The notes under the pieces: generated by a model
What the model was told of the DNA's origin: nothing
Database searches by the model: none
Seen by the model: the letters and a program-made list of their open reading frames with translations, nothing else
Translations under genes and position numbers: made by a program
NCBI RefSeq assembly: GCF_004010195.1
Contig: NW_025214080.1
Span: forward strand, 1-38,898
Source: Chiloscyllium plagiosum
Taxonomy: Eukaryota
Direction of reading: 5' to 3'
Length of the DNA: 38,898 nucleotides
Shown here: one piece after another, positions 12,816-23,660 of the stretch
Numbering within the stretch: position 1 is the stretch's first letter
Layout: each line of letters begins with the position of its first letter

Positions 12816-13317
12816 TGGATGTGATTCATCGGCGTCAAAACGAAGCTATGGGGAAAGCATTGCTGTGTGGAAAGACCGAAGGAAAAGATGGGTAACATTT
12901 TCACTCCGGGGTGAAATACTGTCCACCAGGCACCATACACATCAGGAAAACACGAACATACGCCTCTTGGATTGTCACAGAAACTCAATTACTCTCATTT
13001 ATGTTCTTTTTAACGAAGCAAATTTTCTGTCCCTGCCCTTCGTAAGGATGCAGTCACACATCAGTGTGAATGACTGACCTCTCAGGCCATCTGGCTATTA
13101 AGAACCAACCTTATCAATGGTGCCAATGTCCTGAGAATGCTTTCTTTTTAAACTGCTCAGCCTGCAGTTTTCCAGCCTCGAGTCCAGGATCACCGTATCG
13201 AGCACTTGGTATTGCAACACTAAGAGAGTTTCCATTCTTCCAGATGCACCATTGTAGAGGGAAATGTTTTCCAAAGGGTGACGGGAGAGAAATCATTGGC
13301 AATAGTGAACAGTGAAG

Positions 13318-13450
13318 AGAGAGAGAAAATGCATTTATATAGCACCTTTCATAGTTTCAGCGTGTCCCTTGCATTTGACAGTCCAACCAGTTCTTTGGAA
13401 CTGTTGCAACATCTGAACACATGGAGCGCAAGGATATTGCAAATGGAGAT
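13318..13450 (-). mobile_element. DeuSINE-like 3' fragment
   Basis: gaaaatgcatttatatagcacctttcat is the reverse complement of the tail of the 14010-14745 element. Confidence 0.5.
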
Positions 13451-14009
13451 GTACCTTTATTTCCATGAAGTATGTGGAATATGCAACACCCGAGAGGAGT
13501 GTCATGGTGTGAATGTGCAAAGCTGAGACTAATCATAGTGTGACTCTCTAGGTGTGGCTTGTACCTGCTGCGGTTTCTGTAAATCGGTTGAGATATTCTT
13601 TGTCTGGACACGACTGGCATTTAGAACAGGTTTTGGAGCCTTGATTTCTCCAGGCCGTACAATCTCTTCAGTGTTCATATCTCCGTGCAAGAGACACTCT
13701 GACTCTGTCTTCCAGAAGTGTGCTGAGATCACACAATGCTGTGTGAGGTCTCTCCAGTGACCCTTGGTAAAAGTACCTGAGTTAGCAGAGTATCTGTCTT
13801 GGAAAAACAATGGTGCAGATTAACTAACAGAATAATAGCCAGTCAATGAGCTGAGATCTCCAAGGTATGTCTTATTGCTCTTTGTGGGTTCTTTAGAAAT
13901 AGGGGATGCATTTGATTGGCAGAGATTGTTTCTTGGCTGCATTGCTTTATTTTCAACCTTTTAATGCATCAGTGATATGTAAAAACATTGATAAATAGCC
14001 TTCAGAAAA

Positions 14010-14745
14010 CAGAAAGAGTGGGTTCAAGTCCCAATTCAGAAATTTGAGTGGAAAAGAAATTTATGGCTTGAACTCAGTACTGAGGGAGTGCTGCATTGTC
14101 AAAGATGCTGCATCTTGGGTCCAGCATTAAACCCATCTGCCTTCTAGGGGGTGGAGATGTAAGATTGGACAGCTTTATTTTGAAGAAGAGCATCCCATTG
14201 CAGATCGCTACCATCAATGCTTTGAGCACTTGTCTATTCATAAACTAAGTGGGCTCAGATAGTGACATGCTGTGAAATGCTTCCAACCGCTTGGTAATTT
14301 ACCCAAAAATAAAACTTCCTTTCCTTTGTTCCTTCCCCTCCTCTCCCCTTTCATTGGCTAAACTCTAAAATCACTTTTGTTTTGATGCTGATGAAAGGCC
14401 AAGCTGAAACACAAACTCTGTTCCTCTCTGCAAATGTCACCCAATCCGCTGAATGTTTCCACCACATTTTTTATTCTTGTTTCAGATTTACAGCATCTGC
14501 AGTTCTTTGCTTTTGTGTTATTCCCAGTGTCTTTGGGATCGTTTACTAAGCATTACTAACACTAGAACGTATTCTAGTCACTATCAATAGTCTCATTATC
14601 GCTAGAAGTTTCCTGTGTGCAAATTGGTTGCCAGGTTCTGTTCATTACAATAATGACCATGCTTTGCGAAAATGTTTTCACTTGGCTGTAAATGTGAATG
14701 CCCAGAGGTGATAAAAGGCACCCTCAAAATGCATTTCTTTCTCTC
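14010..14745 (+). mobile_element. DeuSINE-like (SacSINE1/AmnSINE-related) element, split by an old PLE fragment
   Basis: B-box gggttcaagtccc, Deu-like cagtactgagggagtgctgcattgtc...ttttgaagaagagc, and 3' part gtgcaaattggttgcc...aaatgcatttctttct resuming at ~14520. Confidence 0.65.
14300..14515 (+). mobile_element. Old PLE 3' fragment with degenerate hammerhead (14388-14410)
   Basis: CTGATGA-aaggccaagct-GAAA-cac-aaactctg...tttcagatttacagcatctgcagttctttgcttt. Confidence 0.6.
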
Positions 14746-15395
14746 TATTGATGCTATTTGCCATCTTTGTTTAATTGTCCTTTGCTTTATAGGATGGGTG
14801 ATGAACAATAGTGATTTTGGAGTTTGTGAGGATCCTGTTCAATGTTTAGTCAGGAATGAGAAGGAGATAAAGCATCCCTTAAAAGTAGTTGTCTAAGTAT
14901 GTAGGCACACAAACACCTCAGAAGATCAAGGTGCAGAATTGATCGAGACGTTTTGAGAAGGAAAATTGATGCTATCACGATTAAACAATACAGAGACCTC
15001 ATGACCAAGTGTCGTTTGTTTTAGAAATGTACAGCTTGGAAACAGACTGTTTGGTTGAACTTCTAAATGAATCTAAAGAGATTCTAAATGAATCTCTTTC
15101 CAATCCTCCCACTTCCTCCAAACGAAAGGAGTAGCCATGGGCACCCGCATGGGCCCCAGCTATGCCTGCCTCTTCGTAGGATATGTGGAACAATCCATCT
15201 TCCGCAACTACACTGGCCCCACCCCCCACCTTTTCCTCCGCTACATCGATGACTGTATCGGCGCCGCCTCGTGCTCCCACGAGGAGGTTGAACAGTTCAT
15301 CCACTTCACCAACACCTTCCACCCCGACCTCAAATTCACCTGGACAGCCTCAGATTCCTCCCTCCCCTTCCTCGACCTTTCTATTTCTATCCCAG

Positions 15396-16276
15396 NNNNN
15401 NNNNNNNNNNNNNNNNNNNNNNNNNNNNNNNNNNNNNNNNNNNNNNNNNNNNNNNNNNNNNNNNNNNNNNNNNNNNNNNNNNNNNNNNNNNNNNNNNNNN
15501 NNNNNNNNNNNNNNNNNNNNNNNNNNNNNNNNNNNNNNNNNNNNNNNNNNNNNNNNNNNNNNNNNNNNNNNNNNNNNNNNNNNNNNNNNNNNNNNNNNNN
15601 NNNNNNNNNNNNNNNNNNNNNNNNNNNNNNNNNNNNNNNNNNNNNNNNNNNNNNNNNNNNNNNNNNNNNNNNNNNNNNNNNNNNNNNNNNNNNNNNNNNN
15701 NNNNNNNNNNNNNNNNNNNNNNNNNNNNNNNNNNNNNNNNNNNNNNNNNNNNNNNNNNNNNNNNNNNNNNNNNNNNNNNNNNNNNNNNNNNNNNNNNNNN
15801 NNNNNNNNNNNNNNNNNNNNNNNNNNNNNNNNNNNNNNNNNNNNNNNNNNNNNNNNNNNNNNNNNNNNNNNNNNNNNNNNNNNNNNNNNNNNNNNNNNNN
15901 NNNNNNNNNNNNNNNNNNNNNNNNNNNNNNNNNNNNNNNNNNNNNNNNNNNNNNNNNNNNNNNNNNNNNNNNNNNNNNNNNNNNNNNNNNNNNNNNNNNN
16001 NNNNNNNNNNNNNNNNNNNNNNNNNNNNNNNNNNNNNNNNNNNNNNNNNNNNNNNNNNNNNNNNNNNNNNNNNNNNNNNNNNNNNNNNNNNNNNNNNNNN
16101 NNNNNNNNNNNNNNNNNNNNNNNNNNNNNNNNNNNNNNNNNNNNNNNNNNNNNNNNNNNNNNNNNNNNNNNNNNNNNNNNNNNNNNNNNNNNNNNNNNNN
16201 NNNNNNNNNNNNNNNNNNNNNNNNNNNNNNNNNNNNNNNNNNNNNNNNNNNNNNNNNNNNNNNNNNNNNNNNNNNN
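15396..16276. other. Assembly gap (881 N)
   Basis: Run of N inside the PLE. Confidence 1.
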
Positions 16277-16312
16277 TATCTTTTATCTTAGCCTGCTGGA
16301 CCAACTTTCCTC

Positions 16313-16348
16313 ATTCCTGAAGAAGGGCTAATGCCCGAAACGTCGATT
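16313..16348 (+). ncRNA. Minimal type-I hammerhead ribozyme motif in the PLE 3' end
   Basis: auuc-CUGAAGA-A-GGGC-uaau-GCCC-GAAA-cg-UC|-gauu: intact core, 4-bp stem II, palindromic ACGU stem III, weak stem I. Confidence 0.75.
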
Positions 16349-17555
16349 CTCCTGTTCCCTAGATGCTGCCTGACCTGCTGCGCTTTTCCAGCAACACATT
16401 TCCATCTCTGATCTCCAGCATCTGCAGACCTCACTTTCTCCTCTAAATGAATCTAGTCCTATTTGTCAGCATTTGGCCCATATCCCTCTAAACCCTTCCT
16501 ATTCATGTACCCATCCAGATGCCTTTTAAATGGTCTAACTGTGTAGAGTGATGGAGATATACAACGTGGAAAGTGGCTCAGTAAAGTTGGCTCAGTCATC
16601 CAGAGTAGTTAACTACCCGGGCTTACATTGTCCTTTGGAGTTTATGCCAATATCCTTGCTGTGTCCTATCTCATTGCCATTTTGTGATTAGAGCCTGCAT
16701 TCGGTACAAAGTTTAATTTATCTCTACGCAAGAACCATAGTGGGCCTGAAGCATCATGTGCAATGGAGCGCTTGGAACTGCTTGGTAATTTATCAAGCAA
16801 AAATGACTTCCTCTTCATTCTGAAATGTTCTGGGGATGATCCAGAAAGCAGCGCAGAACGTCGAACAGTTTTGCCCCTGCAGTTTCTTGTCAGATGCAGC
16901 ACAGACAGTGATGTATCTCGAAATTGTTCAGAAGTGCTCCCACATGCTGGCTTGTCCCAGAGCGATAATGCTCTGTCTGCTGTACTTGAGAGTAAATATT
17001 TACTAGCAATGTCTGGAATGCATTTCAACACTTCAACAGCAGCAGTATCCTGGGAGTGCTGTGGTCTGGGAAATTTCCAGAATTTTCATCCCCCCCACCC
17101 CCAAAATGTGTTACCCCTTCTCAAAAATATACAGAAAGTCTAGACGGTGATATTTTCCAATTTTTGTTCCGTCCATCTAAATGCTCATTTGGAGGAATTT
17201 ATCCTGTTACTGTTTGTTGTTTGCCATAGTTGGCAAAGCTTCTGTTGTCTGCTGTGCTTCCCTTTTAGCCAACCTTGTTTTAAAATTTCCAGATCTTTAC
17301 TTTCCCCTATCACCAGTCGAGGCTAACTTTGGATCCTGTCTGCCATAAGATAGAAGCTCCACTGGACCAGTGACTGGACATAATCAGAGCTGGCTTCGTA
17401 TCAGAGGATGCAGCTTGAGCTGTTCTCTTTGGTTCATCCAGACTTGGTCACCTGTTGGACTTTTCCTTCATTGTCTCCGGCTCCAAATTCCGGAATTTCC
17501 TCCCTCACAGCACTGTGGGTCCACCTACGCCATATGGGCTACAATGATTCAAGAC

Positions 17556-17713
17556 TTGATGTGGGGGAGCTGGTGTTGGACTGGGGTGGATGAAGTTAGA
17601 AATCACACAACACATGTGCTCCACAATCACCTGACGAAGGAGCAGCGCTCCGAAAGCTAGAGCTTCCAAATAAACCTGTTGGACTATAACCTGGTGTTGT
17701 GTGATTTCTAATG
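17556..17713 (+). mobile_element. Non-autonomous PLE fragment (same family as 11842) with short inverted arm and TSD
   Basis: TSD TGATTCAAGAC at 17545-17555 and 17714-17724; arms ttagaaatcacacaacac / gtgttgtgtgatttctaa. Confidence 0.85.
17628..17662 (+). ncRNA. Minimal type-I hammerhead ribozyme motif
   Basis: cac-CUGACGA-A-GGAGC-agc-GCUCC-GAAA-gc-UA|-gag: intact core and stem II, one stem I mismatch. Confidence 0.7.
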
Positions 17714-17768
17714 TGATTCAAGACAGCAACCCATGACCACCACCACCTCAAGGGAAACTAGTGATTAC

Positions 17769-18116
17769 GGACAGCACGGTGGCTCAGTGGTTAGCACTGC
17801 TGCCTCACAGCTCCAGGGACCCAGGTTCAATTCCAGCCTCGGGGTGACTGTCTGTGTGGAGTTTGCACATTCTCCCGTGTCTGTGTGGATTTCCTCTGGG
17901 TCCTCCGGTTTCCTCCCATAGATGTGTAGGTTAGGTGGATGGGCCATGCTAAATCACTCTGTGTCCAGGGAGGTGCAGGCTAGGTGGATTAGTCATGGTA
18001 AATACAGGGTTACTGAGATAAGGTAGGAAGAAGGGTCTGGTTGGGATGCTCTTTAGAGGATCATCATGGACCTGACGGACCAAATGGCCTGCTTCCACAT
18101 TGTAGGGATTCTATGA
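17769..18116 (+). mobile_element. HE1-type V-SINE, near full length
   Basis: gcacggtggctcagtggttagcactgctgcctcacagc...caggttcaattccagcc...tgtagggattctatga. Confidence 0.92.
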
Positions 18117-18654
18117 ACAATGGCTGGCACCTTTGCTAGCATGGCCTTCATCCAAGAATTAATTATTTTAGATTAATTATGATTGTTGTATTCAAGTTTT
18201 GCGTTGAGGAGAGCACTCATTGGGTGAAGCTATGCAGTTGTGAAAGCAAAGTGCCCTGTTTAAAAAGGAGTATTGACAGGGTAATCGTACTCTTAGCAAT
18301 TTCTCATCAACCTGATGGCAGAAGGACAAGGAGGGTACAGATTTAAAGCTTTAAAGGTTAGAGCTGTGGAGGGTACAGAGGAGTGATAGTGATTGGGAAA
18401 ACCACTGAACTTACAGGGTGGGGCATTGCAGGTCAGTGGTTTTGAGGGGAGGTTAGATGGATGCATGAGAGAAATAGACTTCTGGGCTGCGAGGGACAAA
18501 GTGAGGGAATGGAACTGACAGAATCCGTCTCCAGGTAGCAGGGGCAGTCAAGATGGGCTGAATGTTCTCCGCCTGTATCCAAAATGACTCTGATTCAGAG
18601 GGGATGTCGGGAACACTGAATTGTGGACCCCTCTGGTGCTGACCTTTTAAGAAA

Positions 18655-19470
18655 CACTGGAGGGTCATGGAAGACTGGAAAACAGCTCATGTTAACCTCA
18701 CCCCCACCCCTCCTCCCACCTCGTTAGAGACAGGAGGGAGGCAGAGGATGGGAAATTATAGACCGGTTAGCCTGACCTCAGTCGTTGGTAATATTTTAGA
18801 GTCCATTATTAAGGGTGATATTGCGGAGTACTTGTAAGTGCATGGTAAAATAGGATGGCTGTTGTCAAGGGGAGGTCACATCTGACAAATATGTTAGAAT
18901 TCTTTGAGGAGGTAATGAGCAAATTAGACAAAGGAGAACCAGTGGGTGTGATCTGTTTGGATTTCCAGAAGGCCTTTGATAAGATGCCACACAGGAGGCT
19001 GCTAAATAAGATAAGAAAGAGCCCTTGGTGTTTTGGGCAAGATACTGTCAGAAGATAGAAAATAGGGATAAAAGGGTCTTTTTCAGGACGGCAGCCAGTG
19101 ACTAGTAAAATTCCACCAAGGTCAGTGTTGGGACTGCAACTATTCGCATTACGCATTAACAATGCGGACGAAGGAACTGAGCGCATTCTGCTAAGTTTGC
19201 AATGACGCGATAAGTGGAGGGACTGGTGGTCTTGAGGAAGCAGGAAGGCTGCGGGAGGCTTTGGACATGCTAGGCAAGTGGCCAAATAAATGGCAAATGG
19301 AATACAATGTGGGAAAGTATGAGGTTGTGCACTTTGGTAGGAAGAATATAGGCATAGACTATTTTCTAAATGCTGAAAGGCTTCAGAAATTTGAAGCACC
19401 AAAGGACTTGGGAGTTCTAGTTCTGGATTCTCTTAAGGTGCCAGTTTGGATAAAAATAGCATTGTTAACA
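18655..19470 (+). mobile_element. CR1 LINE ORF2 (RT) fragment, decayed
   Basis: Broken frames: NYRPVSLTSVVG; VKGRSHLTNMLEFFEEV...DKGEPVGVICLDFQKAFDKMPHRRLL; KWQMEYNVGKYEVVHFGRKN. Confidence 0.9.
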
Positions 19471-19474
19471 TGGA

Positions 19475-19862
19475 AGCATAGAAAACAGGAGCAAGAGTAG
19501 GCCATTCAGCCCTTTGGGCCTGCTGCACCATTCAGTGTCAACATGACTCCTCATCCAACTCAGTCCCCTGATTCTGCTTTCTCTCCATAACCTTTGATCC
19601 CTTTTGCTCTGTGACAGAGCATTCCACAGGCTCCCCATTCACTGGGTGAAGAAATCTCTCCCCAACTCAGTCCCAAACGGCCTACCTTGTATCTTTATAC
19701 TGTTTGGATTCCTGAGTCATCTGGTACTTCCTTCTCTATCTAGTTCTATTGGAATTTTATAGGTTTATGTGAGATCCACCCCCCTTATTTTTCTAAACTG
19801 CATTGAATATGGAATCCTAACTGATGCATTGTCTATCCATATGTCAGTCATACCATCCCAGT
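19475..19862 (-). mobile_element. Older CR1 LINE 3' end
   Basis: catagaaaacaggagcaagagtaggccattcagccc... CR1-type tail in reverse. Confidence 0.7.
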
Positions 19863-20359
19863 AATTGTTCTGATGACAGTGTAAGATGGGAGGGCATTCA
19901 TGATGAGGTCTTTGGGATTGTTCAGTCTGGAGGGAGAAAAGGCATGAACAAGGGAGAATCCGTAGCCGATAGCTGAGTGGAACATTGTTACTACAGATGG
20001 AAACGGATGCTGTAAATAATGACACCATACACAGTTGGAAACTCATCTCAAGTTTCAACAGGACACCGAGGTTGCAAAGGGCCTAGTTCCACCTCAGATG
20101 GTTGCCAGAGAGAGAGATATGGATTTGGTGACGGGGCATGAAGACAGACACTAGCATCAATCCTTTATTGGGATGAAATCTTGGCACATTCAGTGTTGGA
20201 GAAGTGATCTGACACATTGCAGACAAACATCCTTACAATTATCAGAAGGTCAAGGTCTGGAGTCGGGCCCTGGACTGGCCAAAACTGGTAAGTGAGGGGG
20301 AGAAAAGTGAGAAGCACAAGGGAAAGTGAGAATGCCTGGTAGCTTTGTTGTAATTCCCA

Positions 20360-20458
20360 GAGTGATACAGTGATAATGTCCCTACCTGAGTCAGAAGGTC
20401 TTGGTTCAAGTCGTGCTTGCCCCAGGCTTGTCTCATAATAGGTAGGTTGAAAAGATTA
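20360..20458 (+). mobile_element. Short tRNA-derived SINE-like repeat (family C), degenerate
   Basis: cagtgataatgtccctacctgagtcagaaggtcttggttcaagtc. Confidence 0.5.
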
Positions 20459-21967
20459 TAATTTGCAGAATGTCAGAGCCTCACAAGAAGATTGAGCATT
20501 TATTGCGAAAGCAATGCATAATAGTTATCCTTTGAAAGTTGCACTTACGTTAAAAATAAGTCTGTGTTACTGTGACACAATAAATCTCACAGCAAGTGAG
20601 CCATTTTGTTTTAACATCCTTGCCTGTTTAAGCGGGTGTCAGTTTGCAGACATTATGTTTCTCAATGAACGTCGATCGCATTTGCTGCTGGCAGCCCAGA
20701 GACAGAGAGAAAATTACAAGAGCGAATGAATAATTTATTGCCATTTCAGCTTGAGAGCACTAGGCGTATCTGAGCTGGTTTTACAGATTCCATGTGCTGT
20801 GGAGGGGGGGGGAAGGTTGCGGTGGGGGGAGCAGAGAGATAAATTCTCCTATCGGGGGTGTTTTAATTTTGGTGTCTGAGATTCCGATTCCATGTTCCAA
20901 CAACAGCCGGCTCACGTCTCTCTTAATATTTATAGTACGCTGGAAGGAACCTGAAAAAGAGAGGAATTTATTTTTAAATCCGGGTGTGTTTGTCAGGTCC
21001 AGTGTTGTCCCTGTCACTGAGCTCCAAGTCCCATTTTAGTTGTCATTCAGAATCGAGCTACACTCTGAGCAGCCTGCATCGTGTGTATGTATGTTGACAA
21101 CAGCTCTCTGCTGGTGTTCATTTCTGTCTCAAAATGGCCGGTTTACATTGTACAGAGCAGTCTGGGGGCCCTGTCAGCTGCTCAGGTTGCAGTGTGTTCT
21201 GTTTTGACATGGCTGCCTGTTGTCTCGATGTGCACTTTGTTCATCTCAGTAGCACTCCCAGTTCTGCACTTGATATAGGAGGCAGCGATGAGCATCTGCA
21301 CTGCAGTGATAGTATCAGGTGGGTAAAAAAGACAAATACTGTTTGCAGTCAACACGTTCATAGTGATCCATCTGATGTGATCAAATGTTTATTTGTAAAT
21401 TCCTCCCCGGTATTGGGTTTAAAGGCTGGCCAGGACTGCCACCTTGTGGATATCCAGTGTGTCAGCAGTCTTTGACATTCTGGGGGAGGTGCTGAAGAAA
21501 TTCAGTGTAATTTCACAGAGTTAACAATCAACTATTGTAACAGTCAGGAGTTCCATCTAAGCATCTTGGAATAATGTTGCAAAAGCAGCCCTGATTTTAG
21601 GTTGTTGTGGTTTTGATACAGAAGGACCAGTAAAGGCAACTCTTCAAATAGAAAACTTGATAAAACATCACCTTGTCCATCCCTTATTGCGTCTTTGTTC
21701 ACAAAGTCCTCACTATTCTTCCATTTTCTGCCCCTTTACCCCATGATGGCAATGCAGTGGAACTGCTGCACAGGATTGAAGAAATCATTCAGCACCTTAC
21801 TGATGGAGAGGATTTTGAGATGAATGCAAGAATTACATAGAACCTACACAGCACAGAAATGGACTATTCACCCCAATTGGTTCCTCACCCATATTTATAC
21901 CTCATATGTGATTTCCTGCCATCCTCCATCATCTGAACCCATTGACATACCTCTATTCCTTTCTCCA

Positions 21968-23660
21968 TAAAACATTACAGCACATTGAAGGCCCTTCAGC
22001 CCTCTATGTTGCACCGACCTGTGGAACTAATCTGAAGCTCATCTCTCCTAGACTATTCCATCTTCATCCATACGCCTATCCAATGACCATTTAAAGGCCC
22101 CTAAAGTTGGCGAGTCTACTATTGTTGCAGGCACTGCGTCCCACGCCCCTACAACTCTGAGTAACTACCTCTGACATCTGTCCTACATCTATCACCCCTC
22201 AATTTAAAGATATGTCCCCTCATGCTAGCCATCACCGTATGAGGAAAAAGGCTCTCACTGTCCACCTATCTAACCCTTTGATTATTTTATACATCTCAAT
22301 TGAGTCACCTCTCACCCTCCTTCTCTTTGATGAAAACAGCCTCAACTCCCTCAGCCTTTCCTTGTAAGACCTTCCCTCCATACCAGGCAACATCCTAGTA
22401 AATTCTGTCTGAATCCTTTCCAAAGCTTCCACATCCTTCCTATAATGTGGTGACCAGAACTGCACGCAATACTCCAAGTGTGACCGCACCAGAGTTTTGT
22501 ACAGCTGCAACATGATCTCATGGTTTCGAAACTCAATCCCTCTACTCATAAAGGTTAACACACTGTATGCCTTCTTAACAAGGAGAAAGTGAGATCTGCA
22601 AATACTGGAGATCAGAGCCGAAACGTCGATTCTCCTGCTCCTTAGATGCTGCCTGACCTGCTGCGCTTTTCCAGCAACACATTTTTCAGCTGCCGCCTTA
22701 ACAATCCTATCAACCTAGGTGGTAACTTTCAAGGATCTATGTACATGGACACCAAGATCTCTCTGCTTATCTACACTACCAAGAATCTTACCATTAGCCA
22801 CTACTCTGCATTCCTGTTACTCCTTTCAAAGTGAATCACCTCACACTTTTCGGCATTAAACTCTTTTTGCAACCTCTCAGCCCAGCTCTGCAGCTTATCA
22901 ATGTCCCTGTGTAACCTACAACACCCTACGGCACTATCCACAACTCCACCGACTTTTACTAACCCATCCTTCTATATCCTTATCCAGGTCATTTATAAAA
23001 ACGACAAACAGTGGACCCAAAACAGATCATTGCGGTACACCACTAGTAACTGAACTTGAGGATGAATATTTCCCATCAACCACCACCCTCTGTCTTCTTT
23101 CAACTAGCCAATTTCTGATCCAACCCGCTATATCATCCTCAATCCCATGCATCTGTATTTTGTGCAATGGCTTACCATGGTGAACCTTATCAAATGCCTT
23201 ACTGAAATCCATATATACTGCATCCACCTGTTTGGTCACCTTCTCAAAGAACTCAATAAGGTTTGTGAGGCATGATCTACCCTTTACAAACCGTGTTGAC
23301 TATCCCTAATCAAATTATCCTATCTCTTATAACCTTTTCCAATTCATTACCCACAACCGAAGTAGGGCTTACTGGTCTATAATTATCAGGGTTGTCTCTA
23401 CTCCCCTTCTTGAACACGAGGACAGCATTTGCTATCCTCCAGTCTTCTGGCATTATAGTAGACAATGTCAACATAAAGATCAAAGCCAAAGGTTTGGCAA
23501 TCTCCTACCTGGTTTCCCAGAGAATCCGAGGATAAATTCCATCTAGCCCAGGGGACATATCTACTTTTTACACTTTGCAGAACTCCTCCTTGTGAATCCC
23601 AATCCCATCTAGTCCAATAGCTTGAATCTCAGTATCTTCCTTGACTACATTGTCTTTTGT
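21968..23660 (-). mobile_element. CR1 LINE ORF2 fragment (~1.7 kb), itself nested in an older CR1 tail
   Basis: Minus ORFs VDAVYMDFSKAFDKVHHG...WIRNWL...RQRVVVDG...VTSGVPQ and LYKTLVRSHLEYCVQFWSPHYRKD. Confidence 0.93.
22581..22690 (+). mobile_element. Mini PLE insertion (inverted 3' tail plus forward fragment with a half hammerhead) inside the CR1
   Basis: aggagaaagtgagatctgcaaatactggagatcagag (reverse of the PLE tail at ~16406-16442), then ccGAAAcgtcgattctcctg... Imperfect TSD tgccttcttaaca / tgccgccttaaca. Confidence 0.8.

Larger units (their letters stand above)
15095..16441 (+). mobile_element. Young 5'-truncated Penelope-like retroelement (RT fragment, N-gap, 3' pLTR with hammerhead)
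   Basis: Open frame SFQSSHFLQTKGVAMGTRMGPSYACLF...FLRYIDD...HPDLKFTW...LPFLDLSI, typical PLE RT motifs; CpGs retained. TSD TCTAAATGAATCT at 15083-15095 and 16442-16454. Confidence 0.9.
15020..16535 (-). mobile_element. CR1 tail (15020-15074 plus 16442-16535) hosting the Penelope insertion
   Basis: gtacagcttggaaacagac...ctaaatgaatct | ctaaatgaatctagtcctatttg...catatccctctaaacccttcctattcatgtacccatccagatgcc. Confidence 0.75.
17370..18170 (+). mobile_element. 3' end of the second LINE family, with nested PLE and HE1 insertions
   Basis: gacttggtcacctgtt...tccctcacagcactgtgggt...caccacctcaaggg...; resumes after each insert. Confidence 0.65.

Noticed and set aside
15137..16331. 300-380 aa ORFs in the ORF track
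   Set aside because: Their length comes from the N gap; only the PLE RT frame up to 15395 is real.
16666..17143. Overlapping 121 aa and 126 aa ORFs
   Set aside because: No recognisable motif or splice support; consistent with random intronic ORFs.
17769..17840. tRNA-like sequences with A and B boxes (also at other SINE heads)
   Set aside because: They run directly into SINE bodies, so they are not tRNA genes.
18809..19402. 197 aa minus-strand ORF
   Set aside because: Antisense shadow of the CR1 RT fragment.
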